A stretch of DNA of 61,151 nucleotides, filler included, from Sphacelaria rigidula (GCA_964200075.2; 8 parts of 8 records of this genome joined end to end with filler, not necessarily neighbours in it), one strand, 5' to 3'. Positions 24,853-38,349 are shown, numbered from the whole stretch's first letter. Notes: generated from the letters alone by a model not told the origin. Translations and numbers: made by a program.

Positions 24853-25768
24853 AAGCCGCTCCCGGTTGCTCCTCTAGATTTTGTTTCTTCCTGGATTACT
24901 CTTGAGGCACAAGATATCCATAACAAACTAAAACTCCGAAAAACACCATGCACGCTTACTTGTGCTCTGTATCGAGGAAATTGTTCTGAACATTTCCACC
25001 GAGAATCAAGTACTGTCACACTCGGAACCAAACACTAGAGATAAATTCCCGATATCAACGGCATGAATGTGATATCAGTTACTACCGCTGTACTACGGCG
25101 CGTCATGAACCCCGACCTTGACGCCAAGTGCACGGCATGCTAGAAAACACCTTGATCATGAAGGAGGGGACGTTTGGCCTCTGAACCAAGGAGAGCTCAC
25201 GAGAGGGAAAGATGTGATGTGCGGCCGATTCCGGCATGTTCAACAGAGATTCCCCGAGTTGCGCCCCTCTCAAGCCTACTACTCCTCCAACAATCGATCA
25301 TATTGGGACGTGATGTGGATGGTTGAAGTTGGCATACTATGCGCACATGTATGTTTCTTCCCCGTGGCCGTTTGAAGTTCTCCCTTTCCTCGAGGCGAGC
25401 CCGTGGTCTTGAGAGATCACCCCCTCTCTCCCTCAGTACACGTTGGTGAAGAAGTTGAAACCAGTGCAGATGGTAGCAGCTAAGAAAGTGCTAGGATGCT
25501 CGAAAACGACGAGTAACACAGCTTTAAAAGCAAAGTTGGGAATGTACTCAATTGAAACAGAGACATGAGAAAATTGCGATGGTAATATAGCATATAAAGA
25601 GCGTGCAGAGAAAGAAATTGCCAGCTATAGTTGATAAGGCTGTGTATGGAAGAAAATTACGAAAGGGCAGGCTAGAATAAGGTGGGATAGAAAAGTCGAG
25701 AAAGTATGGAAAGAGATCGAAGGAAACCAAGACGAATCCTGTTCATGGATGAAGGCGCGGGGTACAAG

Positions 25769-27155
25769 CAGGGTTGCATATCGGACCGAGCACAAAGTTT
25801 GATATATATTCCTAGAACATCGAACCACAACCGCCGATACGGATATTTTTGTCGATATTCCGAAAATGACACGGTACGTATCGAGTATCCGTATTTGATA
25901 CGATACGGCTTTTTGTGCATGGCCCAAGTGTAAAAGACCGAGCAGTATATTGGCACACCAGCACCCTCTCTCACTATTGTAGGTCGCTTAAGATACCACA
26001 TCCCCCAGACAGACTTTCAAAGTTCACTCACTCGTCGCCAGAGGCGATGCCAGAGCTGAACTGGGTGGCGTTGCAACCATCTCGTCGAAAGAAAGTAATT
26101 GAGCCTTGTAAATTGCTCCTGAGAGTGTAGTATCTTGTATCTTAAGCAACCTGCGGTAGTTTGCAGTGGACCGCAGTAGACACATGATATACAGCAGCGG
26201 ATAGTGTGCGAAGTGACATCACAGCAGCGGCGGCATGCGTTGATACCGCTGTCTTACGAATATATTTCGTCATCGCGCGAGAGGTAGTTGATCACAGCCG
26301 GCCGGGTGTGGTATTGGTTGAATTGTTTTCATTTCTACGGCCACTACTCTGCGTATTTCGATCGAATGAGCGCATAACTCGACTCTGCACATTCCTTAGA
26401 AAAGAAAACGTGTCAAGCCTCGAACATGCACAAGCCCGAATGTGCGCTCTTGTTTCAACATTTTTTACTACCAATAACAGGAGAGGCCCGCAGTATGCGT
26501 CGAGGGTAATTTTTGGATGTCAATATATATATATATATATGTCACAAACCAAGACGAAAAAACCACTAAGCTTGCAACCATTGAAATGTCCAGACTAATG
26601 GATGGAGGGGAAAATAAATCCAACACTCGTCAAACATGAAGGAAAAGCAAAGCGACAGTACCATCTCCTTAAACTCCGAAGGATAGCTGTTTCCTACTGT
26701 TATCTGCAGCTTTGCATTGGTCGTGATCTTACATCTCAACTCCGCCACGCCACCCGTATGCTGCCGTTGGTAGACACCCCCGCTAAATCTTATCACAAAA
26801 CCCACGACGCACCAGCGGTATCGCTTCCTATCCTACGGATAGATAGTGCATCTTTGCACTCCGTGCAACCGCTCTACAGATATACTCGCAAGTGCCACTT
26901 GTAAACACTGCGGAAAAGCCAAACATACACAAGCAAGTTGGTCACTACTGTGACGACGTTTTTGGGAATTGAGCTAATGTGACGAAAAATAAACAAAAAT
27001 ATCGAGTATATCGATATTCGATATTGATATTCGATACGATATCCGTATTGATACATGATATAATATACCGGTTTTCTACGCTGCGATACCGATATGGCAT
27101 ATGGCCAATATTTATCGAAATCGTATCGACTATCGATATCCGATGTGCAACCACG
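25769..27155. mobile_element. Non-autonomous hAT element (1387 bp)
   Basis: TIR CAGGGTTGCATATCGGA vs CGTGGTTGCACATCGGA (14/17); exact 8-bp TSD GGTACAAG (25761-68, 27156-63); CGATA-rich subterminal clusters at both ends. Confidence 0.9.
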
Positions 27156-28594
27156 GGTACAAGAAAAAGGTAGAAGACATGATCGAAATAAGGGATGAAT
27201 GAGTGCTCAGACACACAGTAGACGGGAAGGAACACCTGGTATATACGGGGGGTTGAGAGAGGGGATAGGGATGAAAACGTATTTGCATGGCCCAATGGAC
27301 GCGGCAAAATATGCGAAACAGCGATTTCGGATGGGGGACCTGTGCCTGCCAGGAAGAAGAAAGTGATGTACAAGTAGTCGAGAGGAGGAGGATATAGATG
27401 CACAGAATTGCCCCGAGTCGTGCTACGATAGAGTTGCACTTTTTTGTTCACGTGATGCCAAAACTTGATTTGGCGAAGGATCTGTATGAAGCACTTGCAT
27501 TCATGCAATTTGGACAGGTTGCCATTGTAACTGTCGATATCTTGGCGTCTTCAGAGAAGCGGAGACCGTGCATGCGAACGTGGAGGTCAATCGTACTTGC
27601 CCAGACCTTAATGGCACATAAATTGCACTAGTCGCGTGCATCCCCCGATTTACATTCGTCCCTAGACTTCTGATATCGATATTCCCATGAAGTCGAAAAC
27701 TGTATGAGGGTGCCTCAATGCCTGCTGCCCACTCCCTCGGTATACAGCATACTTCCTACGCCATAAACCCACTCAAGAATACAGCAAGACATCAGCTCCT
27801 ACGGTGTCGTTGTTGGCCCGCGCCCGCCCCGCACTCACCCCCTCAGGGTGTTGAGTATATTTTACAGTGGATACATCCACCGGACAAGTAATTTCCAGCA
27901 CATACAAGCCGAACCTCCCAGCGTGCATTCATGTTAAGATCCCAAAGGTGAAATACAGTCTACCGCGACCTCTACACCCCGCGGTTCGACGCCAGCATAT
28001 CCGTTTTGCCCTCTACATCGAACAACTTCATGGAAATGCGGTCTAACCCGATGGGCGTCATCATGAGCTCCACACTGCGTCAATCTTGACATTAGGGATT
28101 GGAAAGTCCGCTGCGTTGGTGCGTACTATCAGGTCCAACAACGACCCATAGTTGCCCCCTGGGGAGACGATGTACTTGGCTACGTCCGAAGTGCACAGGT
28201 GTTCCTGTGTGGCTGTCTTTTGATTTTGTTTAGGGCCCCGGGGCCGAAGACATACGCGATTGTAATCGCGTTTGGTAATCTCTGGGATACGCTTATCGCG
28301 AGGTCAATGTTCCGAAAGCGTTTCCGACTCAACTTCTTCTTTAGCCACGCTGAAACATGCCTGTTGTTAACGGGTTTCTTCCGCGCTTCCTGTTGGAAGT
28401 GTTCGCTGGCCTCAAGAATAGTGGTCTCGATCTGGGACCTGTACGGTAAGCACGGTATTTCCGGAAGACACGCGAGAAAAGGGATGGTACAGCGGAGTGG
28501 CGATGTTTCAGCAGCAATTTGCAAAAGGGCTCATGATGATGTGGTGAGATACATGGTTGCGAAACACCATCCTGATTCTCGACATACTTGATGG

Positions 28595-29620
28595 TCGATC
28601 GTGTGAGGTCGACTGGAATGAATACGCCGGCGGTGGGGGATGGGGGGGCTGAAGAGTTGGTTGGCAATTGGGTGGGCAAGGGTCTCCTTGGCGTATGAGG
28701 CCTTGGTGCCGTTCTAGTGACTTTATGGGTATACTTCAATCGTGGAACCAATGCCTCAATACCCTCGACGCGTAAAGGTGCAAGGAAATACCATACGTCT
28801 GCTTCTCTGGCGTTGGAGGGGAGGATGTGGGGGACTGAGATACGTTATGGGTGGCCTGTAGGTAAGGGAGGGTCGGTGAAAAACGTGCGGGGAGGGTGTT
28901 GCGGGGACGACCGATCGATTTGGGTGGACTGGGCCTCCTATACGTATAAGATGAAAACGCGGGCGGGGGAGGCAGGTAAAAGGTTGGGTGGTAATTGGCT
29001 TGGCAAGGGTTTCCTTCAAGTATGGGGCCTTGGTGCCGGTCTAGGGACGTTTTGTGGGTGTATTTTCATCGTGGAATGGGTGCCTCCATATCCTCGATAC
29101 GTAAAAGGTGCAAGGAAATACCATGCCTTTATTCTCTGGCGTTGGAGGGGAGGATGTGGGGGCGTACTCATTTGTTGCTTGCCTTAGTCGTTTGACGATT
29201 GACCACGCATCCCTTTCGAGACGGGAGGATGTGGGGGCTGAGATACAATCAGATGGATCTGTAGCTGACAGTGAGGGGAGGAGGATCGAAGAAAAAAGTA
29301 CGGGAAGAGCGTTGCGGGGACGACCGGTCGATTTTGAGGGACTGGGCCTCCTACACGTATGAGATGAATAGCGGGGGGATGGGGGGGGGGGGAAAGGTTG
29401 GATGGCGATTGGCTGGACAGGGGTCTCCTCTGCGTGTGAGGCCTTGGTGCCGTTATAGTGACTTCTTACGGGTGTACTTCAATCGTGGGACGTGTTCCTC
29501 CACATTCTCGACGCGTCATGATGGGAGGAAATATCATACGCTTTCTTCTCTGTCATTGGAGGAGAGGGTGTGGGGGCTGAGATACATTCAGATGGGGCTG
29601 TAGCTAACTGTAAGGGGAGG
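28595..29620. repeat. Three diverged tandem copies of a ~330-bp G-rich unit
   Basis: GGCCTTGGTGCCG at ~28699, ~29027, ~29440, each followed by GGAAATA(C/T)CAT...TTGGAGG..AGG.TGTGGGGG. Confidence 0.85.
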
Positions 29621-29639
29621 ATCGATGAGACAATTGCGT

Positions 29640-30450
29640 CAAAAAAAAGGGCGGGTGTCGGCAAGAGGCCACAAAAAAGTGGAACAATAAATGAACAGTG
29701 GAACAGAACGGTGCTGAACGGTCTCTGCAAAAAAAAGGCGGGTGTCGGCACGAGGCCACAAAAAGTGGATCAGTAAATGAACAGTGGAACAGAACGGTGC
29801 TGAACGGTCTCCGCAAAAAAAAGGCGGGTGTCGGCACGAGGCCACAAAAAGTGGATCAGTAAATGAACAGTGGAACAGAACGGTGCTGAATGGTCTCCGC
29901 GAAAAAAAACGGGTGTCGGCGGGAGACCGCAAAAAAGTGGAACAGTTCGGACATTCACTGCTTCGACAAAAAGATAGCTTTTGATTGATTATCTCACATT
30001 ATTAGCTGCTTGCAACAAGTCAGGCCGTGGTCACAAGCACCAAAAAACATTGTCTACCGACGAACACAGAGTGTACAGCGGTATCATGCACCAGAAAAGG
30101 GCATATCACATTAATCGATTACAACACGACACATCAATATCATGCACCAAAAAGGGCATCTCATTAGTTGAGAGTGCGGACTAAATGAACAGTGGAACAG
30201 GACGGTGCTGAACGGTCTCCGCAAAAAAAAGAGCGGGTGTCGGCGGGAGGCCACAAAAAAGTGGAACAGTTCGAACACTCACTGCTTCGACACAACAAAG
30301 ATTGCCTTTGATTGATTGTCTCACAACATCAGCTGCTTTCAACAAGCCAGGCCGTGGTCACGAGCACCAAAAAACACTATCTGCCGACAACCAGAGTGTA
30401 CAGCGGTATCATGCACCAAAAGAGAGCATCTCACATTGGTTGATTGCAAC
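29640..30450. repeat. 85-87-bp tandem repeat (~3.5 units) plus a ~300-bp duplication
   Basis: GGGTGTCGGC at 29653, 29740, 29826, 29911 and again ~30235; 29860-30170 is repeated at 30182-30450. Confidence 0.9.
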
Positions 30451-30527
30451 ACGATGTTAGAAAAGTGTCGCGATGACCCCTTTGACGTGATCGCTAGAGT
30501 TGGCGCAATGGCACTTAAGCCAAGCAA

Positions 30528-30627
30528 NNNNNNNNNNNNNNNNNNNNNNNNNNNNNNNNNNNNNNNNNNNNTTAATTAATTAANNNNNNNNNNNNNNNNN
30601 NNNNNNNNNNNNNNNNNNNNNNNNNNN
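30528..30627. other. Artificial contig spacer
   Basis: 44N-TTAATTAATTAA-44N. Confidence 0.98.
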
Positions 30628-31352
30628 ACGGCTTCGGATAGGGGCATTTCGTAGCCGGAAAATAGAAGGCTGGAGCTGAACAGAAATGGTAATGACTCGG
30701 GGCGGTTCAACGAGGCCGCGGAAGCGCACTCGAAGCTGATTGAAAAGTACCCCGTGAAGTGCCGAAAAGGTCGCAAATACCATATCGGTCGGTTACATGC
30801 CATTTGGAGTTGGGTGCGAAAGTCTTCGACCCGTGCGACCTGTTCGTTTGTGTCTCCGCTAGAATCGGAATGATGGGGACCAGAAATATTCGGGGTGTTA
30901 TGCCAGAAACAATTCCGAAAAAAAAGGGCCGCAAGGGACGGTTGATCTGTTTCTCCGTTCCTGACGCGTGAGAAGTGGATAATGGCGATAGTAGTTCCTG
31001 TGTGTGCGCGCATCGGTCCTTAGAGCACAGATCTATGTACAAGCACGGTACATGTGCAGGGTGACACGGCACAACGTAGGACGTCACATCCTTAGCCTAT
31101 CCCCGTCCTTCATTGATTTTGCGTTGTCCTATGCAGTTCGCCACATCATGAATGTAGCCGCTTGTACCTGCTGCCAACGTGTACGCGGGGTATCACCCCT
31201 CGCTGCGCGCTAAGTCGCTGCGTCACATGTTGTAAAGTTGTCCGTGCTGCAGCTACAGGGTGCTTTCGCCCCAGGTGGCACACACAGGAGTGAAAGGCCG
31301 CTTCCACCGCTGTAATGACTGCCCATATGTTGGGCGAAGCTGTATGGTAACA

Positions 31353-31432
31353 CAGCCGCGGCTGGTGCGCGCACACATACCGAAAGGTGGAGACCCGCGT
31401 CCAGAACAGATGGGACGACAACACACACAACA
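31353..31432 (+). mobile_element. SINE 3' tail fragment
   Basis: ATACCGAAAG...CGTCCAGAACAGATGGGACGACA + (AC)n, matching 325-390. Confidence 0.7.
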
Positions 31433-31959
31433 CATTGACTGTGCGCAGTACACTTTCAACGTCGTGTTTGTACTCACTGTAGAAATCTTCTGTCCATGGT
31501 TGGGTACATTTTCACATAAAATGCATGGTCTGGTACATTCCCACATGCAAATGTATGTAATGCCACTCAGTGATATCGTGAAACAAATCCGCAACATCCG
31601 GGCAAACTGCAGGTGCGGCAATCTCTCTGCTCCAGTGCACTGTAGGTTGATGTCGCTAGAAGGACACTACCATAACCACCTTGCCGGCTGCCAGACTCTC
31701 GGGGCGTAGGATCCGCTAGCATTTCTACTGTCTATACGGGGATGTTGCCCCCGTGTCGGGCACTTTTTGGAGCATGATACTAGATGTAGATCATCGTTCC
31801 TTGCACGTGGGCACCAAACGCTGGGCGTTCTCACTCACGACTTCAATCTGGAGGATGATACCAGGTAGGCAGCAGCAACTGCTGTGTGTCCAGGTGTCCC
31901 TTGGAGCGAGATGCGTTCGGTTTCTGTTCAACAAAGTTACCCCCCCCAAAACGAAATCA

Positions 31960-32560
31960 AAAGGACCTTGAGAGTGGGAAAATCTAGAAAAAAATGCCGC
32001 AAAAATCGAGTCGCGGAAATCCCGTCGCAAAAAAACGGTTGGTCGAATTTTTACGCGACGCAGAAACCAAATTCACTACATGAAATTGGAACTGAAACTG
32101 GAATAAGATTTTTTTCTTCGATTTTGCCACTTTCGTGCGATTCGCCACCTGTCGGTTTCTTCCCAATTTCCCACCAAAAACGGTTCTCCCACTCCAAACA
32201 GAAGATGCTCGAAATCACCACCCTTGCTTGAGATCTCCGGTCAAAAACCTTCCCGTCTCCTGTTGAGGCATGTCCACTGCTGGGAGTGCCTCTCAGGGGC
32301 CAAACCACGAGAATTTCAACGTTTTGGAGAAGGGTGCGGTGGTTTGGTACCTCCTCCCTGGCGGCAACGATAGTCTCATACAGCCGCTGCCTTGAAGGCT
32401 CCTCGCTGCTTCTGGTGGGGTGGAGGAACCGTTTGTGGTGAGAAATTTGAAAAACACCGGTTTGGGGCAAACCGCGCGCAAAAGCGGCGAAACTTAAGAA
32501 AAGAACCGTTCGGGAAAAAAAAATACAGTTTTTTTCTCCCAAATCCTGCGTGTATTCCAG
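31960..32560. mobile_element. Old foldback/MITE remnant
   Basis: 32150-32212 is an imperfect reverse complement of 32400-32465; the termini are not resolved. Confidence 0.4.
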
Positions 32561-35500
32561 GACAGAGGGAGTGTACAACTTCGCGTTATTAGAGCTGTGT
32601 CCAGGCAACCAGAATTGACGCAAATTGCACGTGTGGCAGATCGGGAAGAAGAAACCCACAGAGCTGGCAAGAACACACATCACACTGCACCAACCCCGCA
32701 GAATCTCGAGAACCTAAGGTGCAAATCATGACAAGATATGATCTGCAAAGTACGCGGGACAGAAGAGCGCGCAGCCGGAAATGATCCATCACGGGTGCGT
32801 GCGCCTGACAACTACTAAATACCCGCCATCCACGCAGCCCAAAATGCGTCAGTTCGTCATCATCCATTTTGTGGATTATATTCCATGGTTGAGTAACAAA
32901 ACGCGCCGTTTATATCTTTTGACCGAACAAGATCGGTCATTGGCCCTCCCTTGATCACTACACCATTTATTTATAACCCCAAGGAAGTGGTGTGGCGGTG
33001 AGATGAGTCATCAACGAAGCGAGGTACGCGCCAATAACCTGAAACAAAAAACGAGTGCAAGAATCGTGTGTACGATGAGCCTCACCGTTTGCGCCATTAC
33101 ATGGTGTATGTACCGCGAACAGCACATCACCCTCAACCCGCCCCCCGAGTACCCGGCCGCATAATAATTATCCAGATAATAAATCAAATGTTCAAAGCTT
33201 ACATAGTAACATATCTGTCATGGCAACCACCCCTTGTCGCCCGTCTTCCTCTATTCTCCCTTTATCTACTGTCCTGGCTCGCCTACTATCAATACAAGCA
33301 TTGGGGAGAGATTTTACAACTGTGCAACACTATGAAGTAAGGCCAACACACAAGAAGAGGTTGAGATCGCTTTGTCCGCCATTTATATGCTACAACCCGT
33401 CGCTTCATGACCTGAGTATTTTAAAGACGAAAGGCAGGAGACAGAGAGGCAAAGGCAAAGCGCAACTTCCGTTAAACTGGGAGAGCACTCAAACCTGTGT
33501 GTTGGGAGGCTCGTGATGATTGCGATTTTAGACGATGGAAACCGTACGTTCAAGCGAGGTATGCCCTGCCGGGGGGAGGGGGGGGGATAGTTCCAGCGAG
33601 GTGAGGGTAACAAAATACAGCGTTTCTTCTCGTTGTCCTCGCTCCTGCTGGCGATGTGAAAAACTGAAAATAATCCTGTGACGGCCGTTTAGTGCTGACA
33701 AAAAAACCCTTCGAAATCTTTTGAAAAGGGAGGAATCATTCAAAGCATGACCGAAAAATACAAGGTCAAGACATGCGACTCACATTAACCCGTTTTCGAC
33801 CACCAGGGGCGGTCATGCTGTGCATCGGCATCATCACCGCTTGAAAACTGACCCAGGAAGACAGATGTGTCACGCTGGGGGGCAACGCGGTTCACGCTGT
33901 GCATGCACACTTTGGGGAATGGCAAGCTCACCGCAAATTCGCCTATCCCCCCCCCCTTCCCCTTCCCCCGTCGTTCTCTGTCTAGCTCTTTACACCCCCC
34001 GTACACACGTCAACCTCGGTCGGTGCGTGATATGGCAGCATCACGGGGTCCTCGTAGCATGGTCACATGCAGCATAAGCCATGATCCACGCTCTCGCGTG
34101 TGAAATCCTACACACAAGTTCATTGATACACACACGGCGACCAACCCCAGTATACGGTTTCTATGGCGCAAAACAAACAAAACAGGACAAACACACACAG
34201 AACTCCACCGGAATGTCAACACGCGTTTGAGAGGTTTCTCGCACCCATCTGTTCTTCCTTCCCGGCACTGTCGTGGTGAATTCCCTACAGCAAGTACAAC
34301 AGACGCCACGACCATAGAGAACAGAAAGAAGCAAATCGCGATTGTGAAATTCACGTTTTTTTCCTACGTGCGCGCGTGCGTATGCGTGCCGGTGTCGAAA
34401 TTGTGACGCCACAAACATGCACGGTACGTACGACCATGGTCATTGAACGCATGACTCACGGCGAGAGTCGTCCCGGCAGTGGCACGGAGCGAAGAAACCC
34501 AGAAGATAGGGGGGCGTTTGTTCAGACCCTGTCCAATGTTGCGACCCTAGACACTCCCACGCGTCATGCAAAGAGATCCCGACATAGAAACGGTGCGCAT
34601 ACTGGGATAAAAGCTGTCCGATGACCAGCCTTCTTGCCCACATAACACATACCACGAGAGAACGCACGACAAGCCACGCTTGGAGCCAAGAGTCGCGCGG
34701 GTAAACGGCAGCGACACTCCATCAGGGGAAGATCAAGACTAGTCCTTCATTCATGTTGATACCCGTGAACCATAAAAATGTTTTCGTGAAATGTAAGATT
34801 CTAGCGCTGATTGAGGGTGAGTTATCGTATTAGTCGCTCCAACTTGACCAATTCTTCATTATTCTTGTGTTTTTTTTTGCTTGAAACACTGTCGTGTGCG
34901 TACAGCTGCACGTTGATATCCTACCAGGCCTTTGCTTTTATACGCGTTTATAATTTCGCATAAAACGGGGTTTTGCGCATAAACTTTTCCCTTTTTTTTT
35001 AAACATATGTGTTTGGAGGTTTCAGCATAACAAAGGCATAAACACGAAGTTTTACGCATAACTTGGCGCATATATAGTACTCCAACGGGATTATGCACCC
35101 CATGTTCAGCAGCTAGTAGCTGCCCACGAGTGCTCCATGTGGTGCGGTTCGTGGAGTCGTGGTGTTTGCGTTCGTAATTTCTTTTTTTGAACTTTGTTGC
35201 GGGTCTGATATCGGTTATAGTGCTGTATGTGAGCTACTCTATGTTTATGTGAAACTGATACAAAATAAAGGTGCATTATTTCACATCACACAGCGGCTTT
35301 CGCCAAAACGTCGTACATCACACAGTCCAATCCACAACTGTACAGTGTACAGCGCACAGTGCGCACTTCACCGACAGGACAGCAGTGAGCACTACACTAA
35401 TATGGCAGAGCAGAAAGAGGTGGAGGTGACCGAGGTGCGGACTTCCGCGCCCCAACAGCGCGACGCGAAGGAGACCGCTCAGGAGCAGAGGGCGAGAGAA

Positions 35501-36130
35501 AAAACATAGAACTTTTTTTGTACCATTTATTTTTTATGTCTTCATCGTTGAATATATCTGATTTTTATTATTTTTCATTATGGCCTTCAAAATTGATGAA
35601 CGGAGAAAAAACTAGCGAGCCTTTCTTCCAAGCAATCGTTAAATCTCGAAACGTTCAACGTGCCGTCTTGTTTTTCCGCTGGAAGGTACGTTCCACGGGC
35701 GGTGCCGCCAGGAACCCGCCAGGAACCGCCTCAAGAGGGACGCGAAAAAGGTGCATGAGTCGCGCATATTTCACCAAAAAACGCATAAATCGGCGCATGA
35801 TGCTCACTTTTGCACGTGAAAAGAATGGAACCACGCAAATGAAAAAAGGCGCATAATAAGCAAAGGTCTATATCCTACGCCGGGATATCAAAGACCTCGG
35901 AGGCAACTTACTACATAAAGCGTATGGGGCCTCGTGTAAGGCCCAGAGGGGCCTTTCGGAATTGAAACCATTCCATGCAATCATCGACCACTTTTCACTC
36001 TCAATCGTATCCTGGGGTCTCAATATCACGAAAACATCGTTGTACGCTGCCTCAAACAAACGAAACATCCACAGATTCCACCAATCCCTGCATCATGTGT
36101 GTGTGTGTGTGTTCGATTTCAACAAAATAC

Positions 36131-36244
36131 TCACTCTTCCACCTTCTTGAAGTCGTTCATGTTTGTCGTTGCCACCGGAGATCCGTACAATCGGATGGAG
36201 GACAAAAACGTCAACTCCGCACCGTTATTGTCCGATACAAATAT
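36131..36244 (-). CDS. PITH-domain protein (TXNL1-like), last exon
   Basis: IFVSDNNGAELTFLSSIRLYGSPVATTNMNDFKKVEE* matches the PITH C-terminus (..GTPVQATNMNDFKRV); acceptor ggcag|. Confidence 0.92.
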   Translation of the reverse strand: MFVSDNNGAELTFLSSIRLYGSPVATTNMNDFKKVEE

Positions 36245-36806
36245 CTGCCGCAGAGGAGGGGAGGGCGGGCGGGGTGGGAGGGGAGGGAGGATGACACACG
36301 CAGAAAAAAACGGAATATATGCATGATAAAAATGAACACAAAATGTTCGTTTTGCATTCACGATGTTGTGCAAATAACAAACCGAATGCATCTTCGGAGA
36401 ACGGACAAGACACACACATATACATATGGTACGTACGGATAGGGTCTCATGACAGTGCGGTACTCCATAGTGCGGGATCCTACCATAATGACTTCAAAGT
36501 CACTCGTCACAAGTCCGGTAGGCTGTAGTATCCTAAAACCAAGTAATCGCAGTATCTCAGCATAGTGCGGTCACGCCGGGCTGCCGTCCTACCGCATTAT
36601 GCGGGAACCCATATGGTATTTATCGCCGCGTAGGCGAGGGAACTGGGCTTTGAGTGAGGGAAATTGCCGCCGACAAAAATAATCAAAAACTATCTGTGTT
36701 TCGCGTGTGGAAAAGTGATCCCCTTTCCAACGTACGGTACAGCAGGTGGAAAGGCCGATTACTTCTTTGTACGCAGCAGAAAATGATGTACAAAAAACAA
36801 AAGTTG

Positions 36807-36845
36807 CAACAACAACAACAACAACAACAATAATAACAACAACGA
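36807..36845. repeat. (AAC)n microsatellite in the PITH intron
   Basis: Direct reading. Confidence 0.85.
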
Positions 36846-37165
36846 TTTCTACTGAAATGTGAATCACACGGTGAGTGAGCGGTGAGGGGGATAAACAAGA
36901 AATCTTGAAACGACGAGCGAACAAATCATGGTACCAAACTGGAAAAGAAAAAGCATAAAAAACAGAATAGACTGTTGGGTGAGCACGGTGCATTTCATCG
37001 TGAATTGCTTCCAAAACGACGACCAAAAGGATATACATGTTGTATGTATGATGATAATAAAAAAAAACGTATCTCCAGAGCATGTTGGTCGCTAGCTCGT
37101 ACTTCGTTGCTGAGAAGGGGAAGGGAGGCGAAGGGAGGGAATGGGGGGGAGGGGAGGGCACTCAC

Positions 37166-37335
37166 GGACAACCCACTGACTCGTTGAAACTTGACGAACT
37201 TCAAAACAGAAACCGATCCAGAAGCCAAGTCTTCTGGTGTTAGCTCAAGCGTCTGAGCCGGCTCCATGTCGTCCGTATCGCTGAAACCCATGCTTTGGCG
37301 GTTGATGTACAGTTTCACCGTCAATGGAGCAGTGT
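37166..37335 (-). CDS. PITH-domain protein (TXNL1-like), penultimate exon
   Basis: TAPLTVKLYINRQSMGFSDTDDMEPAQTLELTPEDLASGSVSVLKFVKFQRVSGLS; acceptor aatag| and donor |gtgagt; phase-0 join to 36244. Confidence 0.92.
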
Positions 37336-38183
37336 CTATTTTTTCGTACCCGCAGTCAAAACCGTGCCGGCAGCGATGTGTGCGCAACAAAAATGAACAT
37401 GGAATGGCGGCAGGGTGGAGACAGAGGGAAAGAGAGAGGAGAGGAGGGGGGGGTGGGGAGTGGAGGTGGTGATACTCAGGAAGGCAGATGAAAACGAATA
37501 AAGGCAGAGACGATGAGTCGAAATGATATGAAATTTTTGCAAAGGTGCCCAGGGCATGGTACCTATCAAGATATGGTACCCAGCTTAGTGTTTCAGGCAC
37601 AGTGGAATACCGGATATTTTCGGCAGTCGGTACCCAGGTAGCAGGGAGGGGTACTTGGGTACAGCGAATATGTTGGAAACGCAAGGTAACTGGGGGCATC
37701 AGTACCCCTTGCCCAAGCACTGTTGAGATATTGAACACGCGTCAAGAACCATGATGGTACGGTAGACGCTTCCAATAATCAAGGCGGTACGTATGCTCGG
37801 GTGTCTAATACGTTGTCATGATCCACGCGACGAAGGACAGGTGATAACAGTATAGAAAAAAGTAAGTGTCAGTCTTCCCCGAGAAACTTCCCAAGTGCAT
37901 ACGATGAAGCCTTGAATTTCTTGGACGCTCAGGCTTTCGCCATGCTGCTTTTTCAGTTACGTGTTCCGCGCACCACTCTACAAGGTGGGCATAAAGTATT
38001 ATCGTCAGTCACCCAGCATTCCATTGTTTCCTGCTCCTCTAAACCTCCATGCACTGCGATGTTTATGAATACCTTGAACCTACAAAAATCCTGTGTTGCG
38101 GCTTGCTCCCATTGCTGACAAACAACCAAATCGGGAAGAAATCAAACAGGATATCGTAACCTGGCACCAAAACACGTACATCC

Positions 38184-38283
38184 NNNNNNNNNNNNNNNNN
38201 NNNNNNNNNNNNNNNNNNNNNNNNNNNTTAATTAATTAANNNNNNNNNNNNNNNNNNNNNNNNNNNNNNNNNNNNNNNNNNNN
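38184..38283. other. Artificial contig spacer
   Basis: 44N-TTAATTAATTAA-44N. Confidence 0.98.
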
Positions 38284-38349
38284 CTCTCATTCGCAACACA
38301 GCCCCAGGGCACATATGTTCTCTGGGAGGTGCCCCCCCCCCCCCCATGT

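Noticed and set aside
29640..29945. CRISPR-like periodic repeat
   Set aside because: Near-identical head-to-tail units without spacers; a minisatellite.
37550..37722. hAT-like MITE (CAGGGCATGG / CCAAGCACTG) with GGTACC motifs
   Set aside because: TIR match is only 8/10 and there is no TSD; left uncalled.
36995..37738. 247-aa ORF as a single-exon gene
   Set aside because: Only 37166-37335 is PITH-like; the rest is read-through into low-complexity intron.
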